From an uncultured bacterium (GTDB lineage: Bacteria; Desulfobacterota; Deferrimicrobia; Deferrimicrobiales; Deferrimicrobiaceae): 64,000 nt of DNA. Below, piece after piece: positions 60,088-64,000 of this stretch. Under the pieces are notes generated by a model, which was not told the DNA's origin, searched no databases, and saw nothing but the letters and a program-made list of their open reading frames with translations. How positions within the stretch are numbered: position 1 is the first letter of the stretch; each line of letters opens with the position of its first letter. A program made the position numbers and the translations under genes. Where the stretch lies: NCBI GenBank assembly GCA_964612075.1, contig CAZTFC010000003.1, positions 734-64,733 of the forward strand. The letters are read 5' to 3'.

Positions 60088-60342
60088 TTACATGCCCCCC
60101 GCGTCGCGAAGGTCTTTCTCGAACCGGGCGGCGTCGAAGCCGTCCCCGGAGACCATCGTTCCCTCCACGTCAAGCGTAGGCACTTTCCGCATGCCGTTAT
60201 TGAGATTCATCACGATCTCGGCCGCCGCCGGGTTCTGTTCGATGTCGATTTCCTCGTATGCGATCCCGTGTTCCGCGAGGAACTTCTTGGTGGCCTTGCA
60301 GTCGCGGCACCATGGTGTGGTATACATGACGATTTTTTTCAT
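60088..60342 (-). CDS. Glutaredoxin/NrdH/mycoredoxin-like protein (84 aa)
   Basis: MKKIVMYTTPWCRDCKATKKFL...DIEQ...GMRKVPTL; RBS GGAG. Confidence 0.92.
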   Translation of the reverse strand: MKKIVMYTTPWCRDCKATKKFLAEHGIAYEEIDIEQNPAAAEIVMNLNNGMRKVPTLDVEGTMVSGDGFDAARFEKDLRDAGGM

Positions 60343-60360
60343 TTTTTTCTCCTGCGGATC

Positions 60361-60637
60361 GGGGACGTTGATGAGTTCTGACACAGATGAAGGACACTCT
60401 CGAAGGCCACGAAACGGGGATCGTAAAAGGGAAGACATAAAACCGCAAAAAAGAACCACAGAACCGGGACGTAGATGAGAAGTCACAAAAGCCTGGAGAC
60501 CTGACTTCCTGATATGCAGGACTTCTCATCTACGTCCCGGTTCTGTGGTTCTTCATGTTTGCCATCCCCGTTTCGTGGTCCTCTCACCTCTGTCCCTGAT
60601 TTGTGTCAGAACTCATCTACGTCCCGGTTCTGTGGTT
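60361..60637. repeat. Nested-palindrome REPIN-like element 2
   Basis: Inner 34-bp perfect IR (60451-60484/60520-60553), middle IR (60405-60421/60564-60580), outer IR (about 60362-60385/60602-60625, one mismatch); loop resembles that of element 1. Confidence 0.88.
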
Positions 60638-61314
60638 TCCGGAAGCGGGCTCCGCTTCCTGCGTTCCCCGACGGGCAGGATCGCGTCCTGATGGAACTGC
60701 ACGATGTAGTCCACCGCCGCCTCGGGGTCGTCCGTCTGGTGGAACATCTTCATGTCTTCCGGGGAGATCGTCCCCTGGCCCACCATCGAGCGCTCCATCC
60801 AGCGGACCAGCCCCTTCCAGTAGCTCTTTCCCATCAGGACGACCGGGAATTTCCGCGTCTTTCCGGTCTGGATCAGCGTGAGGGCCTCGAAGAACTCGTC
60901 CAGCGTGCCGAACCCTCCCGGCATGATGACGTAGCCCACGGCGTACTTGACGAACATCACCTTGCGGACGAAGAAATGCCGGAAGGAGAGCGAGACGTTC
61001 TGGTAGCGGTTCGGCATCTGCTCCTTCGGGAGCTGGATGTTCAGGCCGATGGAAACGCCGTTGCCGGCCCGCGCTCCCCGGTTGGCCGCCTCCATGATGC
61101 CCGGCCCCCCGCCGGAGATGACCGCGAACCCCCGCTTCACGAGCCCCTCCGCCACTTCCATGGTGCACCTGTACGACCAGTCGTCCTTCGCGGTGCGCGC
61201 GCTCCCGAAGATCGAGATGGCCGGACCGACGTCCTTGAGCTCCTCGAACCCTTCCACGAATTCGCTCATGATGCGGAACACCCGCCAGGTTTCGCCTCCG
61301 GCCAGCTCCTCCAT
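60613..61314 (-). CDS. LOG-family Rossmann-fold protein (TIGR00730-like)
   Basis: IFGSAR, SGGGPGIMEAANRGA, IGLNIQLPKEQ, FFVRKVMF, PGGFGTLDEFFE. Confidence 0.94.
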   Translation of the reverse strand: MEELAGGETWRVFRIMSEFVEGFEELKDVGPAISIFGSARTAKDDWSYRCTMEVAEGLVKRGFAVISGGGPGIMEAANRGARAGNGVSIGLNIQLPKEQMPNRYQNVSLSFRHFFVRKVMFVKYAVGYVIMPGGFGTLDEFFEALTLIQTGKTRKFPVVLMGKSYWKGLVRWMERSMVGQGTISPEDMKMFHQTDDPEAAVDYIVQFHQDAILPVGERRKRSPLPETTEPGRR

Positions 61315-61322
61315 CGATCCTC

Positions 61323-61742
61323 CTATTCCCCGATGATCTTCACCAGGACCCGCTTGCGCCGCCGCCCGTCGAACTCCCCGTAGAAGATCCGCTCCCAGGG
61401 ACCGAGGTCGAGGCGCCCGTCCGTCACCGCCACCACGACCTCGCGCCCCATCACCTGCCGCTTGAGGTGCGCGTCCCCGTTGTCCTCGCCGGTCCGGTTA
61501 TGCAGGTACTGGGACACGGGCTCGTGGGGAGCCAGGTGCTCCAGCCATTTCGCGTAGTCCTGGTGCAGTCCGCGCTCGTCGTCGTTGATGAACACCGAGG
61601 CTGTGATGTGCATCGCGTTCACCAGGCAAAGCCCCTCCCGGATGCCGCTTTCCGCCAGGCATCCCTCCACGTCCTTCGTGATGTGGACGAAATCCATCCG
61701 GTGGGGGAGGTTGAACCAGAGTTCCTTCCGGTAGCTTTTCAT
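61323..61742 (-). CDS. YjbQ/UPF0047 family protein
   Basis: [41 protein letters not shown]. Confidence 0.93.
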   Translation of the reverse strand: MKSYRKELWFNLPHRMDFVHITKDVEGCLAESGIREGLCLVNAMHITASVFINDDERGLHQDYAKWLEHLAPHEPVSQYLHNRTGEDNGDAHLKRQVMGREVVVAVTDGRLDLGPWERIFYGEFDGRRRKRVLVKIIGE

Positions 61743-61929
61743 GCGGGGCTCCCTTGCGTTGCGGACCGCCCGTCTTGGGCCGTTCTTTAGGAGTATACGA
61801 CGGGAACCCTCCGGCAGATAACGGTTTACGGCATACTTTTCGCGGGGTATCATTTACGGATCGGTTTTTGTCCGGCCGAGGGTTCATCCCGTCCGCCGAC
61901 CCATAGCGCAATCCGATGGAGGGATTCTT

Positions 61930-62925
61930 TTGAAAGGTCGTGTGCTTGTCATCGACGACGAAGCCGAGATCCGGCGGAACCTGACGATCGGCCTCACCCA
62001 GGAAGGGTACGGGGTGATCGCCTGCCCCGACGGCCTCTCGGCGATCCACGAGCTGAACGCCGCCCGGGAGAAGGGGCTCGCCTACGATTACCTCGTGACC
62101 GACATCTTCATGCCGGACATCGACGGCCTCAAAATCCTCAAGGTGATCAAGATCCAGCATCCCGACCTCCCCGTGCTCGTGATCACGGGGTTCGGCGACG
62201 AGGCGCTGAAGCTCACCGCGCTTTCGGAATTCAATACCGCCTACCTCGACAAGCCGTTCGAGATCGCCGACCTCGTGAAGGCGCTCGAGGAGCTCTCCCC
62301 CGGCTCGACCGCGGGGAAGGAGGGCGCGGCGGGCAGGGCGGAAAGCGCCCCCGAGATGCGGGAATCGGTCACGGCCTACCTGACGATCCGGATCACCGAG
62401 CCGGCCAGGAGCATGGACATCTTCAAGGAGCTCCACCGGATGGACGGCGTGCAGCGCTGCGAGGCGGTCCGGGGCGATTTCGACATCATCATCGTCGCCC
62501 AGGCGGGGTCGCAGGAGGAGATCGGGAGGCTGAAGGAGGCGATCGCCTCGATGGACGGCGTCCAGGTCGTCTCCGTCTCCGGCGTCGAGCGGCCGAAGCT
62601 CGACCGGGCCGTGGACGAGTTCGTCGGGATCTATTCCCAGGCGGTCAAGGCGCGCGGCATCGAGAGCTCGAACAAGCAGCCCGGCCGGACGAGCTACATC
62701 ATCGTCGATATCGACAGGAACGCGATCCAGCAGATCTTCACGACCGTCTTCTTCATCGACGAGGTCGTCTTCTGCGACGTCATCGAGAACGGCACGAAGC
62801 TCGTCGGGATGATCACGGGGCAGGGGGCCGTCGGCACCACGCCGCGGGTCATCGAGAAGCTGGGGCGCATCGACGGGGTCCTGCGCGTCCGCGAGGCGGC
62901 GGTGATCCGGCTCGTAGAGGACTGA
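61930..62925 (+). CDS. Response regulator: REC plus two Lrp/AsnC-like ligand-binding domains, no HTH
   Basis: VIDDE, VTDIFMPDIDG, VITGFG, KPF; then EAVRGDFDIII and RIDGVLRV AsnC-like units; TTG start with GGAGG. Confidence 0.85.
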   Translation: MKGRVLVIDDEAEIRRNLTIGLTQEGYGVIACPDGLSAIHELNAAREKGLAYDYLVTDIFMPDIDGLKILKVIKIQHPDLPVLVITGFGDEALKLTALSEFNTAYLDKPFEIADLVKALEELSPGSTAGKEGAAGRAESAPEMRESVTAYLTIRITEPARSMDIFKELHRMDGVQRCEAVRGDFDIIIVAQAGSQEEIGRLKEAIASMDGVQVVSVSGVERPKLDRAVDEFVGIYSQAVKARGIESSNKQPGRTSYIIVDIDRNAIQQIFTTVFFIDEVVFCDVIENGTKLVGMITGQGAVGTTPRVIEKLGRIDGVLRVREAAVIRLVED

Positions 62926-63009
62926 TCCCGGGCGATAAGCAAATCATGTAATTTTTTCAAGTATTTCCTGAAAGGTCCGGCGCGGGGCGGTTGGCCCGCG
63001 GACGGACGC

Positions 63010-63546
63010 ATGGGGGTGGTGACGGCGGTGGCGAGGGACGAGAGCTTCAGTTACAGGTTGTGGCGGTACGATGGCGCGCCGGGGGAGCTGATCCCGCTGC
63101 TCCAGTCGGCCCAGGACCATTTCGGGTACATCCCCCGGAGGGCGATCTCCTACATCGCGGGGGTGACCGGCGTCCCGGAGTCCGAGGTCTACGGGGTCAT
63201 CACGTTCTACAGCCAGTTCCGGCTCCAGCCGATGGGCAAGTACGTGATCAAGGCGTGCGACGGGACGGCGTGCCACGTGCAGAACTCCCGGACGATCATC
63301 GACACGATCGAGGACGAGCTCGGGATCGAGGTGGGGGGCACGACCGAGGATGGCCTCTTCACGCTGAGCACGGTCGCCTGCATCGGCTGCTGCTCGCTGG
63401 CGCCGGTGATCATGATCAACGACGACACCCACGGTCTCCTCACGCCGCAGTCGGTGCGAAAGCTCCTGAGGGAGTACCGGCGGCGCGAGCGGGCCGCCGT
63501 GGCGAAGGAAGCGTCGGCCGGGGCGGCATCGGCCGGGTCGAAATAG
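63010..63546 (+). CDS. NuoE/HydC-like [2Fe-2S] subunit
   Basis: LIPLLQSAQDHFGYIP, VYGVITFYSQF, ACDGTACHV, VACIGCCSLAPV. Confidence 0.93.
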   Translation: MGVVTAVARDESFSYRLWRYDGAPGELIPLLQSAQDHFGYIPRRAISYIAGVTGVPESEVYGVITFYSQFRLQPMGKYVIKACDGTACHVQNSRTIIDTIEDELGIEVGGTTEDGLFTLSTVACIGCCSLAPVIMINDDTHGLLTPQSVRKLLREYRRRERAAVAKEASAGAASAGSK

Positions 63547-63553
63547 GACGGCA

Positions 63554-64000
63554 ATGATGAAAAAAGTCATCGTGGGAATGAGCACCTGCGGCCTGTCGGC
63601 CGGGGCGCAGAAAACGTACGACCGGTTCGCCGAGCTGCTCGCCGGGGAGCCCGGCGCCTTCGAGCTCGCGGCGTCCGGGTGCATCGGCATGTGCTACCGG
63701 GAGCCGCTGGTCGAGGTACGGGAGGGGGCGGGCCGCGTCGTCTACGGCGGCGTGACGCCGGAGCTCGCGGAGCGGATCTACCGGGAGGACGTCCGAGGGG
63801 GGCGCGTCCTCGAGGAGCACGTCGCGCTGCGCCTGGGGGACGGCGCCGCACCCGGCGGGTCCGAGGCGCCGCGACAGGAGCCGCAGGTCCGCATCGTGCT
63901 GCGCAACTGCGGCCTCATCGACCCGGAGTCGATCGCCGAGTACGAGGCGGCCGGGGGGTACAAGGCGCTCCGCAAAGCGCTCTTCGACATGAGCCCCGAG
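63554..64000 (+). CDS. NuoF/HydB-like flavoprotein subunit, 3'-partial, with N-terminal thioredoxin-like [2Fe-2S] domain
   Basis: Frame open to window end: MMKKVIVGMSTCGLSAGA...GCIGMCYREPLVEV...QVRIVLRNCGLIDPESIAEYEAAGGYKALRKAL. Confidence 0.9.
   Translation, partial: MMKKVIVGMSTCGLSAGAQKTYDRFAELLAGEPGAFELAASGCIGMCYREPLVEVREGAGRVVYGGVTPELAERIYREDVRGGRVLEEHVALRLGDGAAPGGSEAPRQEPQVRIVLRNCGLIDPESIAEYEAAGGYKALRKALFDMSPE

Noticed and set aside
59881-60637. CRISPR array
   Set aside because: Repeats alternate in orientation as nested inverted pairs, spacers are not unique or uniform, and there are no cas genes.
62945-62966. Rex operator before the nuoE-like gene
   Set aside because: TGTAATTTTTTCAAG matches TTGTGAA-N4-TTCACAA too weakly.

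Overview
High-GC bacterial chromosomal DNA, estimated at about 68% GC by eye. Gene content and style suggest a deltaproteobacteria-like organism (Desulfobacterota/Deferrimicrobiaceae-like; inference only). About 58 CDS are supported; I found no rRNA, tRNA, CRISPR array, integrase or transposase. Most of the window is housekeeping (thrC, cystathionine gamma-synthase, pcrA/uvrD, rlmL-like, gatCAB, mtnA, glnE, queC/queE, ilvE, nth, plsC, nadE, NFACT/RqcH) plus three PAS hybrid kinases, a BaeSR-like pair with a Spy/CpxP target, an ECF sigma/anti-sigma pair, envelope-modification genes (GT2-GtrA, GT-C, hldD, eptA) and the start of a NuoE/NuoF(HydB)-like oxidoreductase operon. Main points: (1) an uncharacterised tightly coupled envelope operon at 1-7010 of secreted orphan proteins, a propeller-FecR protein and four paralogous lipoproteins with a variable Cys-x5-Cys loop and a 149/151-identical block; (2) plant-type threonine synthase overlapping a plant-type cystathionine gamma-synthase, suggesting an O-phosphohomoserine branch point; (3) two nested-palindrome REPIN-like elements that bracket a glutaredoxin gene and supply the stop codons of both neighbours; (4) three sigma28-like promoters and one sigmaE-like promoter; (5) a MITE-like palindrome, an unannotated small membrane protein and a probable cysteine-hydrolase pseudoenzyme. 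All family assignments come from motif recognition by eye, not database searches.
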